DNA of 64,000 bases from Raillietiella orientalis. Its lineage: Eukaryota. Below are positions 24,632 to 35,650 of the stretch, piece after piece; positions within the stretch are counted from its first letter, which is position 1, and each line of letters starts with the position of its first letter. The position numbers and the translations under genes are program-made. The notes below the pieces were generated by a model. The model saw nothing but the letters and a program-made list of their open reading frames with translations. It was not told the origin of the DNA and made no database searches. Location of the stretch: assembly GCA_036172245.1 (NCBI GenBank), contig JAYWIR010000011.1, positions 434,001 to 498,000 on the forward strand. Reading direction: 5' to 3'.

Positions 24632-27084
24632 GGCGACATTTTCGCTCCTCCCTGGCTGTGCTGCCAGGACGATTAGGGACCGCGCTGCTGACGATGCATC
24701 GGGAACGGCGCGCTCCTTCGCGGCTCCGGATCCTTCCTCTCGGGGTGGGAAAGGGGGGAGGGAGCGCCAGGCAAGCGTGCTGTCCACGCCTCGCCCTCTG
24801 CGCGGAAGGTCTTCCCACTGGTCCAGCAAGACGAGCCTGAGGCTGGCGATGGATCCGTGCCACGTCGTTGGGTATCCCGGCTGGCTCGGTTCGCCCTTCT
24901 CGGCTGCGCGCGTTCTTTGGTTCCCTTCACGGGTTGCTAGGTAACCACGGGCGACCAACTCGCCCCCCGTTCGCTGGGTCTCCTGCACGTTTGCGAGGTT
25001 GTTGCACGCGGAAACGCGTCCTCCCACCTGCTCGCGCGTACCTCGATGTCTCCGTTGCTCCGGAAGCGGCTTGAAGATCCTTCGATTTCAGCCCTTCTTT
25101 GACCTATTGGTCTGCGACATAAGTCGCGCAAGATCGGGAGCCTGACCACCGTTGCCATGCCGACCGCATTTTTCTCATACGTCATCGTCAGCTTGTTGTA
25201 CATGAAGCGCAGCATCCGGACGTCGGGATCTTCGCCCGGATGCTGCGGGTCTTACATATTTATTGATTGATTGATTTACCCTGTCCGTTGACGTGACCTC
25301 GTGTTTTTTTCGTCGAATGTGGACTGCGTTCGCCCACTCGTCTCCCCCCATCCCCAATCACAGCGTGGTCCTGCGAGTGCTGACTAATCCGCCCTCCGCG
25401 TTTCGACATCCTTGATCCCCTCCCCGAAGCTGCTGGGGCGAGCGCGCGCACTCTCGGGCTTCCGCCCGTCCTCCGCCGTCGCGTGACGTCATCGCTTCAC
25501 TTCGAGTGCTCCGCATGCCAGCGGGAGCCAGCGGCACCTCCGCGGAAGCAGGTTCCGGTTTTCGCCAGGAACCACTCGCTTCTCCCCCCCGCCGCGAGCG
25601 ACGACCCAAGCGGCCAAAAGACCCACGGCGGCGGCGGCGAGGTCGCGCGCACGCAGATGTTTCCGGAGCGCCGTACTGCCGAGGCGGTGGCAGAACGACG
25701 GGGTGGCGGCGCCCCTCTCGCCGTTTCCGGAGGGGTGGGGAGTGAGGGCGGGAAGCTGAATTTTCGAGGGGAACCCGCAGATGAGGGATCTCTCCGTCGG
25801 CGCCCCCCTGCTAACGGCCCGGGGCTTGCAGGGACCCACCAGAGAGGGCGGGGCAGGACGACCAGGGACCGCGTTGCGGAAGATCCTTCGGGAACGGATG
25901 GAAGGAGGAAGGCGTGCGGCTGCTGAGTGCAGTGCAGGGAGGTTTGTTGGTGGCCCCCGGGAACGGTCCTTCCGTCACAGCCCGGGATGGCGCGGATCCT
26001 TCGAGGCGAAAGAGTGCCTTCTTGGGAGGGAGGGGCGGAAGTCCCTGCAAGAGGCGGCTTCCGTCGGGCGAAGCCTGAGGGAACGGATCGCTTTCCGAAC
26101 ATCCAGGAAACCGGATGTTCGCGGCGGTCGTGTCCCGCCGCGGGCGAGGGTGCTCCGCGGGAGGGGCGCACCCAGCGGCGGAGAGGGAGCGGGTGAATTT
26201 CCAGTCCTCCATCCCAGACCACCCCCGGGCGGCGCGGAAACACAGCCCTGGGACACGACGGGGTCGGTCCTTAAAGGTTCCATCGTGGCGGGCCGTCCGC
26301 CCCCCTCCCGCGTTGGGCAGGTCACCTCGATCCTCGGGCGGGAGTTTGGCTCCTCCTGGCCTGGGAGCCTCTTCGAGCGAGTCAGCGGCATCTCCGGGCG
26401 GTCGAAAATCCCGGCGGTCCAGAGGAGCGATCCCTCCTGGTTCGGTTCGTGCCGGGAACGCGTTCGCACGCGTGTCGGAAGCCGCTCCGGGCTTTCGGGC
26501 AGAGGCGATCTGCCGACGGAGGATGAGGCGGGAACAGAAGCGGGCGAAGGGCACGGCCGCCGCCCGCGCTTTCGATTTTCTCCGACGCGCTCACGGCTGC
26601 AGGCGCGCGCGCCACGTGCGTATTGGAAGTTCGCCGTGTATTCCGGGAGGGGAGCTGCGCCCATGCGATGGACCTCAACCCCAATACACGGTTCAGGGCA
26701 CCGCACGCCAAAGGATGGAGGGGGGGAGAGATCGGTGCTGCCACGGAAGGGCCGCGTCGCAGCAGCAACAGCACCCCAACAGGTCGGTTCCCCTCTTTGG
26801 CATGAAACCTCGCAAAGCGGAGGAGGAGGACACGCCGCCGCCGAAATGGCGGCACGCGACTTCTCCCTCCGGGGGTTTCATTGGACGGCATCTTGGGCGA
26901 CGTTTCTCCCTCCGTGGTTTCACACGCGAAGTCAAGGCCGCCGCCGTGTTCGTACACCGTGCGAGGTGCGCGCCATTTCAGCGGGGTGCGATTGGAATTC
27001 TCCGGCGGCGCACGTCGCCCATCCAGAGGGAGCTTTCGGAGACGGAACGAAAGTGCGAGTTTCTGCCGCCAGGAGTCGGGGAAA

Positions 27085-27088
<4 letters not shown>

Positions 27089-27120
<32 letters not shown>
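27089..27120 (+). repeat. (AG)16 microsatellite / possible GAGA element about 180 bp upstream of the ZP gene ATG
   Basis: The repeat is read directly. A regulatory role is inferred from known GAGA-factor promoter elements in arthropods. Confidence 0.85.
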
Positions 27121-27121
<1 letters not shown>

Positions 27122-27297
27122 ATCCACAACCCGGTCTGCCGTATGGAAGGTTTGCCTGGGGCCATTTCGAGAGTTCAGCGACAGAGACCTGCGCGAATTC
27201 TTCGCAGTGGGGTTGCTTCGAACCGACATAGCACTGCTGCGGCGTGCCGCCGGCATGCGTGTCGCACGTGTTCCGTGCGCCTGAAGCATCCGTCCCG

Positions 27298-30200
27298 ATG
27301 CATTCACTTCTGTACGCGCTGCTCGTCCTCCGTGTGACTTCCGGTAAGTGCCTGGTGCTGCTGCGCCTTCCCCGCCCCCCGAGGGGCTCCTGCTGACCGG
27401 GGCGGCCGCCCGCGGTCCGTCTCCTTCCATTCCCTGCATCCGCTCTTTCGATTTCCTTCCTCTCTCCTTTTCTTGGCGCGCAATCCGGAATTCCGCCCTC
27501 CGCCACGCGCTCCCGGGCGGTTCGGCCGCGATTTCCCGGGAGACTTCGCCGCCTGCAGGGATTTCGGGGCTGCTCTTTCTATTTCTGGAGCCGCCAACGG
27601 CGCCGAACCCTTGGCTTTATTTTTAACCCTTCCGGCGGCGTCGCGTCGAAGGAACGCACGGCAGACGTCCTCCGCGGGTTGCGCTTCCTGGGAGATGCTT
27701 TCGGGCGCGCTCCCGAGGGAGCGCGGCGACCCCACCAGCCGGTGCAAAAAAAAGAAAAAAAAAAAAAAGGGATCTTCTCGCGCGAACGGTCCTCCGCCCT
27801 CGTCCCTTCCGCCCCTCCTTCCGCATACGTGCGACTGGGGTCTCGCGAGCTCCGAGCCTGAATGGGGTGTCGCGCTGGAGGCGCAGTCGATACGGAGGGG
27901 TAGCGTGCGTGAAAGAACAATAAAAAAAAAAAAAAAATCAATACGTGCGAGTTTTCCTCCGAGAGCTGGAAGCGCTCTTTGTCCAGGAACGGCGACCAGG
28001 AGCCGTTCGGTTTCGCAGCTTAAGGCTACCGTCGCGTGACACGCGTCCGTTGCTTCCTATTTCGCCGCCGCTGCTCCCGGGGTTCTCCATGTTTTTTTTT
28101 TTTCTTTTTTTTTCCGCCTTCTTTCTCTTTCGTTTCAAACGCGCGCGCCCCGATCTGTCAAGTGAATTCCTCTTTGTGCGACGCGCTCCCGCGGCATCCC
28201 GAGCAGTGTTTCGATCCCGAATGTTCCACCGGCTCCCGAAGCGGAAAGGCAAAAAAAAAAAAAAAAAAAGGCCTCAGGGAATCAGGGGTTCTCCCTCTCG
28301 CCCCCCCTCCTCCCTGCTTATTGTGAACCTGGGCCGGAATGCAATAAATCCCAGGAAGAGTCCCGCGGGCACTGATGGAAAATTCGTACGCCATCTTCGG
28401 CAGCCATCAGCTGGGTCGGAAGCGGCGGCGCCAATCCGCGCCGGGGCCGTTGGGAAACTCGCCCTTAATCCGGCGGGAACAAATCGGGCACGCGATCCTC
28501 GTATTTGCACAGGATCCTCTGTGAGCCCGGGATGCGCTGCCGGTGCCCCCCCCCCCCTCCTCCTTGCGAGCTGAGTGGAAAAACACACACAAAAAAAAAT
28601 TGGGCGTAGGGGAGGAAGCAGCAACATCTGCGCCTGGAGCCGAACAATGGCCGGAGGAAGAAAAAAGCTGGTCCGGAGAGCCGAGCCGAGCTCGGCGCGG
28701 CCAGCCGCCGACGGCGCGTGGGTCACGAAGACGGCAGGAGAGGTCGCTTCCCGAACGGCCCGAACTGCCTTGCACCCTCTGCGGACAGCCGCGGGGCAGC
28801 TCCCTCCGCAGGAACCGGGAACGGGGAGATCCCAGACGCCTCGACAATGCCTAGTGGCGAAGGTGTCCCGGTGCGTCCGTGACCGGCGCGAAAGAGAGAG
28901 GGGCGCTGGGCTCAAGAAACGCTCTGGAGAGGACGTGGCGTGCGGATGACCGCGGGGCGTTCAGCAAGGAACCGCCCGCCTGCTCCAGCACTCGCGGGGA
29001 AGCAGCCGAGCGCCTTGTGCCCCCGGGGGGCCGAGACGGCCCCGCTGCCGGACGTCCGGTCAGCGCCCTTGCCCCCCAACGGCGCAAACCTGCAGGAGCT
29101 CCTCCTCCCCTCTCCCCTTTCTTTGCTCCCGCGCTGATCCCGATCTTCCCATCCCCCAAAGAGCAAAGGGCAGTGGCACGTTACCAGCGGAGGAGCCTCG
29201 TGCCCGCAGCAGACAGGCGAATTTTTTTTTTTTCTCTTCTATTTTTCCATCCGGCCATGGGGACAGCCTGAATTTTCTCCGCTCAATCGACGAGATCCAT
29301 TGGCTCCTTACAAACGCATGGAAATGTAAACCGTGGGACGGTTTCGCACGAGGGGCTCGTTCGGGAGTCAAGGAAACCGTCCGCCGGATGTTTACTGCGG
29401 TGCTGGCGCTCCCGAAGGCAAACGGAGACGGCCGTGGTGCTTTTTTTTCCTCGCCTTACCTGCGGCTCGCGAAGAGCCTCCTCCCGGCGCGCCGCGGTGC
29501 ACCGCCGCCTAGGCAACCGACGACGCTTTCCGAATGGAGCTCCCGCGCTCCGCTGCGCGGCTCTTCGCAGTGCGCGTGCGCACCGCGTCGCGCGCTTCCC
29601 TCGTCCGGCGAACACCCCGGGACGCGAGGGGGCAGAGGGAGCTTCCCTTCCTGCGTGACTGGGAGAGCCCGGGAAAAGAGGCACTCTGACTCCGGGCGAG
29701 AGGAGGAGGAGAAAAGAAGAAAAAAAAAAAAAAAACAGGGAGGCGCTCTTTTTATGATGAGAGGAGGGGGACGAAGGAGGATAGGTGCAGGACCGCGCGA
29801 GGAGCCGAGCGGCGGTGTACATTCCCAAGAGCACTCGTTTCCGGGGACACATCCAGCCTGCCCTCGCTAGCGGTGGGGGGGGGGGGGGAGGAGGGGCACG
29901 AGCTTTTCTTTGATCACACTTCGCACGGACAGTGGGCAAGGCGACTGACGTGACGACACGGCGGGCGACGTTGCCGCTGCCTCGCGCAAGTATCCGATGG
30001 AGCGCTGTCGTCGCGTGTGTGGGCTCCCCAAAAACCGCCACACCAGGTGGAGTCGACGCTTTCCCTCCGTTTTCTTCCCCCTTTCCCCCCCCCCCCCGGT
30101 GGGTCTCCTGCGTCTGCAGCGGAACGAGGGACTGCGCACGCGCGCCTCCGTGCCGCCCCATCGGCGGACGCCGTGTTGCCCTGTACTGTACTGTACTGCG

Positions 30201-31650
30201 AGCGGAGCCCGTGGCAGTGCCTCCTCCGGCTTGCCTGCTGATTGGGTCACGTGACTCTCCGCGACTTTTGTGCGCGCGTGTGTTTTCCTGCTTTCCCGTC
30301 TTTCGTTCCTCTTCCTTTCCTTTCCTGTCCTCTCACCCCCCCTCCCCTCCTTCCCGGTCTCAGGGTCTCCCCCGGCGGGCGCAGAGACCGTCTCGAAACC
30401 CCCGAAACGAAAAAGCCCGAAGCAGCCGCCGGCGCCGCGTGCGAGGAGGTCGCCGGGCATCGCTTCGCACTCTGCCACCTGGCGGCGCTCCTCCATCGCG
30501 AGCGTTGCTACGCCGGCGTGACCGAGCTCTGCCTCGCGCGTGGAGTGATGGGGGGTGGGGGGGAGAGGGGTGCAGGCCGAGAACGCAGTGCACCTGCACA
30601 GTGACGAGTCCCCTTCCTTTCCCCCCTACTCCCTCCGAAATTGCGCTCCTCGCCCCCGCTGAGGGAATCAGAAGGAAAGGGAAGAGGCGGGAGGAATCCA
30701 GAGAACCTCCCCCAAAAAATACATTTAATAGTCAGGGTGCGTGAGAATCTGCCGGGGAGACCCTTTTAGGGACCGCTCCCGCCCTCGTTCCCCTCAAATC
30801 TCCAAGGTCGGCCGGAGGAGGTCGCCCGTTGAGTCAATGGCAGGAGTCCGCCTTAGGGAAGGGCGCCCTCTCTTATCTCGTGTCCCGGTCCCACCCCACG
30901 TAGTCACTCGCGCTCGAGCGCTCCTCCCTTCCGCGCCCCTGATCTTCTCTCCTCCTCACTTGCTCCCGGCTCCTTCCCAGGAAGGAGCGACCCCTACGCA
31001 CCTCCCGAGGCGCCGTAGCTTCCCTCTTCCAGAACACTGGTCGGTGGACATCGGCTCGGATGTGGACATCGGCCCGTCGACGGAAGGGATTGAGCGGGTG
31101 ACCCTGCGCTGCCGGGATGACGGCATGGAGGTCGAGCTGGTGACGGAACAGGATTTCGACGGGGTCATCTACACGCGGGGTAGCTACTATGCCAAGGCCG
31201 CTCCCTGCTACCAGGACGCGGAGGGAGGCCGGAAGTTCGTGATGCGCTTCCTGTTTGAGGAGTGCCAGACCAGGAAGGTGGGGGTGCCTTCCCCGAGGGC
31301 GTGCCAGCCGGGGTGACAGCCCGCCTTTCTTTCCAGGGGCCCTCGGGCTACAGCAACATCGTCGTGCTGCAGCACGACGACCTGCTGATGTTCGCAGGGG
31401 ACGCCGCCTTTGCCGTGAGCTGCGAGGTCGACCTGTGAGTTGCAGAGGATGGGGGGAGAGGAGAGGCCTGCTCGACCCTTACGCCTTACCCAGCGGCGGC
31501 GGCAGCACCGTCGCCTCAATCAGCCTGGCCAACCCGGACCCCAGCGGCCGAGCCCTCTCCGCCCAGGACATGCGCACTGTCAAGAACACCTCGGTGGTGA
31601 CCTTCCCTGGAGGGCGAGTCCGGAGGGCGGAGGCCAGAGGGGAGCTCTGA
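27298..31650 (+). CDS. Secreted ZP-N-only (zona pellucida/cuticlin-like) protein, CG10005-like, about 181 aa; join(27298..27343,31033..31277,31337..31434,31494..31650)
   Basis: Spliced translation: MHSLLYALLVLRVTS-EHWSVDIGSDVDIGPSTEGIERVTLRCRDDGMEVELVTEQDFDGVIYTRGSYYAKAAPCYQD..FLFEECQTRKGPSGYSNIVVLQHDDLLMFAGDAAFAVSCEVDL..ISLANPDP..RVRRAEARGEL*. It shows the four-Cys ZP-N pattern (FxGxIY, YxNxVVxQ) with GT-AG junctions in consistent phases (546 nt). Exons 2-4 are solid. Exon 1 was chosen for its hydrophobic signal peptide, strong G|GTAAGT donor and matching phase 1. Confidence 0.85.
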
Positions 31651-33786
31651 CGACGGTCCCGCGGTAGGCGCGGGACGCTGGAGAGGAAGGAAGAGAGGAT
31701 GCTGTTTCCCTGCCTCCCACCCCGCCTCGCCCGGAAGCCCCCCGGCAAGTTTTCCAGGCCTCGTCGGACCCGGTCACTCCTCGGAGCCGGGGGGCGAGGG
31801 GAGGGGACAAGACAAAAAGGAAAAATACAGAAATTTTCGAGCGGACGAGCCGCAGCCTTCGGCTGAATCCGACCATGCCCATTGCTCCTCCCTACTTGGG
31901 GTCCGACCTGCCTCAACGGAGTGCGGACCGCTCCCTGCCTCCAGGGTGGCGTCTCCTCCCCCCCCATGCGGCGGTGCACCCCTTCCTGGGGAGCTCTGCT
32001 CTTTCCGAAAGCCGCGCGGCTCCCCCTTCCCGCGCGCTAGCCGGCACGAGGCGCGCCGTCGAGAGGGAGAGGGGGAGGAGCAGGAAGTTCGTCCCGAGGT
32101 TTCCCTCAGGGCTCCTCCTCCTGGGAAGTCGCTTCCTCCCTCTTCCCCGCCCCACTTCGGGAATCAGGGGAAGGCTCGGAGTTTCCCTCCTCCCTGGGAA
32201 GAGGTGAGTAGGGGTGGGACCGAAGCGGCCCCATTCATTGCTCGCGTCTCTCGACAGTCTCCTAGCGGGACAAAGCTGAGGGGCAGCCAGCGAACCGCCT
32301 CGGCTGACCTCTTCGGCGTCCACGGATGCTGTTCCAAGAGTGCCGCGGGGAGCGAGATGCCGAGCCGGGAGGGGGAGGGTTCAGAGCCGCGGTCCCCCTC
32401 CGCCTACCCCTTTTATCATCCGGCAGGCGCGACGTGAGGGCGCGCGCAGCCCCTTGGAGGCTGCTGCTGCGCCCCACCTCGGGAGAGGAGGAGGAAGGGA
32501 AAGCGGACTGAAAAGGGGACCTCTTTGGGGGAGGAGGGACCCCCGAGCGAGGAGCCCGCCCCGTCTCCGTGGCGATGGCACGCGGTGCAGGAACTGTTCG
32601 GAGCTGGTCCTTGCTGCCCATCCCTCCCTTCCCCTCGCACGTCCCTTCCCATCCTTCCGCCATCTGCTGGGGCCTCGCATGGCCCCTCATCCCCCCGCCG
32701 CAGGCAGCGCGGCTTTCCCGGGGGACTCGTCACTTCCGGGCACCCGGAGCTATGGCGATTCGTCCCGCTGGGACACGTGACGGTGTCCCCCCTAAGGCCG
32801 CGAAGGGCCCTATCGACGCGACCCTGAGCCGCTGCCTCGGGCCCACAGGCGCAGAAGGCGCCATGTGCGTGCTCAAGCGAGTCGCCGCCGCCATCCCTGG
32901 CAGGACCTCGACTCCCCGCGGTCCGGATGCTGCGTAGATGGCCGACTTCAGCCTCATGGCAGCGCCCTGGTGGTTGCCGGGACTGTCTCTCTCCCATCCC
33001 TCTCCCTCTCTCCGGGCTTCCGGCTGAAAAGTTTGGCTACCGGAAGTTGCGCGCCCCGCCTGGCAGCGCTCCCAACTTCCGGACGGAGTGGCGCTCTCAC
33101 GTGCATCCGGAGGGCCGGGTCCGTTTCCAGCATCCGGAGAAAGCACGGGGCGAGGGAGGGAACGGGTCTGGAAAGCCCCTCCTCTCGGAACGTCTTCCCG
33201 TCCTCCCAGCGGGGTCCTCCCCCTCTTCCAGATCTCCCTCCACGGCCCACTCCTTCGGGACTCCTCTCTCCTTCCCGATGGTCCTGGCCCCTTTCTCCGC
33301 TTAAGGGACATCTCCTGTTGCTCCCGACCTTCTGTCGGGGCAGGCGGTAGCCGCGGAGACGGCAGCTACCGCCGGTACCGCGCACTTTGCAGGCTCTTTG
33401 GTGGCTCTCTCGTCTTCCCGTCCCGCACGCAGTCTTCGGGAAGCTTCCCTGGAAAGAGAACCCCGCTCCCAACCCTCACCCCTTTTGCTGTTGGGGTCTT
33501 CGGTCGGGGTGAGGTCGGGGTCCGAACAGCCGAGGAGTGCGCGTTGCCTCCGAAGAGGAGGTGTCCCCCAGTGACACCACTGGGATGTCCGAAGGGACCA
33601 AGTTTCAGGAAATTTCTGGAGGCGGTACCGGGAAGACGACCCTCGGGGAGCCGTCTCCTCCCTCCTTCGCAGGCCTTTGAGGAAAGGTGCCACCGCCGGG
33701 CGACCGGGAGGGACGGGAAAACTGGAGCGCGGCAGCTCTTCCTGGACCGAAAGGACTCCCGGGGACTGAAGGCAAGGAAGGAGGAA

Positions 33787-33945
33787 GGAAATGAAAATTG
33801 CTCTTCCCATTCGGGGGGCGCCTGCCAAGGAGGTGGAGGTGTCTTCCCAGAGGGGATATCAGCCGGGGTGAGCGCCCGCTTCCCTTTCCAGGGACTCTCG
33901 GACTAAAGCAGCTCCGTCATCCTGTAGCACGACGACCTGCTGATG
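33787..33945 (+). pseudogene. Decayed partial duplicate of the ZP gene (end of exon 2, intron 2, start of exon 3)
   Basis: Aligns to about 31231..31390 and includes an identical 20-mer AGCACGACGACCTGCTGATG. It retains the intron and has in-frame stops TAC>TAA (33904) and CAG>TAG (33925). Confidence 0.85.
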
Positions 33946-33989
33946 CACAGGCGTCAGGAACCCTCGGCGGCTCAGCGGAACGGCTGTCG

Positions 33990-35650
33990 CGACGAGCGCC
34001 CCTGGGGGACTGCTGCTGCTGCTTGCTGCACTGCAGCGGGAGGTGCAGGAAGGATAGAGGAGGAGTGGCGAAACAGCAGCTTTTCGTGAAGGGAGTGACC
34101 TCTACGTGCGCATCGTCCGAGTCCAAAAAGGCCGTGGAGTCGCCGGATGGCGGCTGCTCCCGACCTTCCACAAGCGGCGTGGTTTACTGTGGATGCGACC
34201 CCACACCGTGAGGCCCTGCGACGCAGTCCGCGAAGAAACCGACAGGGCTGGTCGCCGGCGCTGCCTCGCGGGAATGTGGTTTACGCGGGCGCCGCTTCGA
34301 CGCGCCCATCTTCCTTCCGGAAGGACGATCTGGTCTCCGGGAAACTGGCGGCCGGTCTGGGCACTGCAAGGGAACCGCGCAGTCGTTGGAGGAGGGGCAC
34401 CAGCAGGTACCAGGAGGAGGGCATGCGGGCCTCACAGGATCACCCGCGATCTACCACCTCCTCTTCCTTCCTTCCTTCCTCCTTTTTTTTCTTCCTCCTC
34501 CTTCCTTACTCCTCCTCCTCCTTTATTCCTCTTATTCGGGCATCGGCTCTCGGATCCACGTGCATCACGCACCTCCCCCTCTCCAAGGTTCCCCTCGTCT
34601 TTTGTGTTCTGATCGCGCTAACTCCCGGCAAAAAGGTGCCACGATTACCTCGGGGATGCTGGACGCCACACCCTCTCCCCTCTCTCGACCCCTTCCTTCC
34701 CCGGCAGGGTTAGGTTTCGCCCCTGGGCTCAGAAAGTTCTCGGGGAACGCACGCCTCCTAGACACTTCCACGAAGGTGGTGCCGAACGCCCTCTGGCGCA
34801 TACCGGAAGGAAAAGGTGAGAGTAGCTCCGGAGAAGCACCTACTTGCCCGGAGGAACGAAAGCGGAAGTCATCTCCGGAAAGATGGAAGGGTAGACGGAC
34901 GGACGGAAAGAGCCTTTCCCGGATGAAGGGGGGGACGCCTAAGGGAGGCTTCGAACGTCCTGCTGCAGGGGAGCGAGGCCCATCGTCCTGAAAGTGCCGA
35001 CTCTCCCCGCGACCTCCGGCCGATGGAAAGACAACCAATAAAGATTTCTTGTTCATTCGCCGGTCGTATCCTTCTTCCGGGTCTCCCTCGCCGCCCCCAC
35101 GAAGCAAGCGATCGTCTTCTGGGGTCTCCCGCAGTGGCGCAACATGAGTCGACGGTCGCAAGGGGGTTGTGTCCTCCCGTCTTTCTCCGCGCGATCCTCC
35201 TTCGGAAGCACCGCCCGATGTGCTCCCGCTTTATCGGTTCTGAACCACTCTAACGGAGCTTAGCCAGGGTGCCCTCCGGCCCCTCTGTGAATGTTTTGAG
35301 ACGAGCCTTCGGGTCCGGGAGGGGGGCAGGGATATTTTGAAGCCCCTTCTTGTGCATGGTGTCTCACTGCCTCCAGGACCCGCGTCCGGCGCAGTTCCCT
35401 CCTCCCGTCTTCGTGGGATCTCGGCTACCTGGAACGCAGCAAGGAGAGGGCTGGACTGGGAAGGGCAGCCATCCACCGGTCGACAGAATCTTCTTGAGGA
35501 CCGCCCCACGAGACGGCCTCGTCTGGGAACACCCATCCAGCAGGAACTCACCGGCATCCTGGAAAGTACGCAGGAGGGCGCCTAGCAGCGAGAGCAACGA
35601 ACCCTTCCCAAATTCCCCCAGAAAAATTCTGCGGCTTTTTTCGTTTTCCT
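33990..35650 (+). mobile_element. Decayed L1/Tx1-like ORF2 relic (APE to start of RT)
   Basis: Ordered motifs KGRGVA, NVVYAG (~vYAP), GIGSRIHV (~SRID), GLRKFSGNARLLD (~WKLNxSLL), then PPGPASG (~PGPDG). Confidence 0.45.

Noticed and set aside
25781..27337. 518-aa ORF, and other long ORFs such as 2825..4162, 9158..10225 and 22671..23759
   Set aside because: They are R/G/P/S-rich, overlap in several frames, run through microsatellites and show no recognisable domain. This is expected from stop-codon scarcity at high GC.
30741..31032. In-frame upstream extension of ZP exon 2 as the true N-terminus
   Set aside because: It has no signal peptide and is low-complexity. A good acceptor at 31032 and a phase-compatible signal-peptide exon at 27298 explain the gene better.
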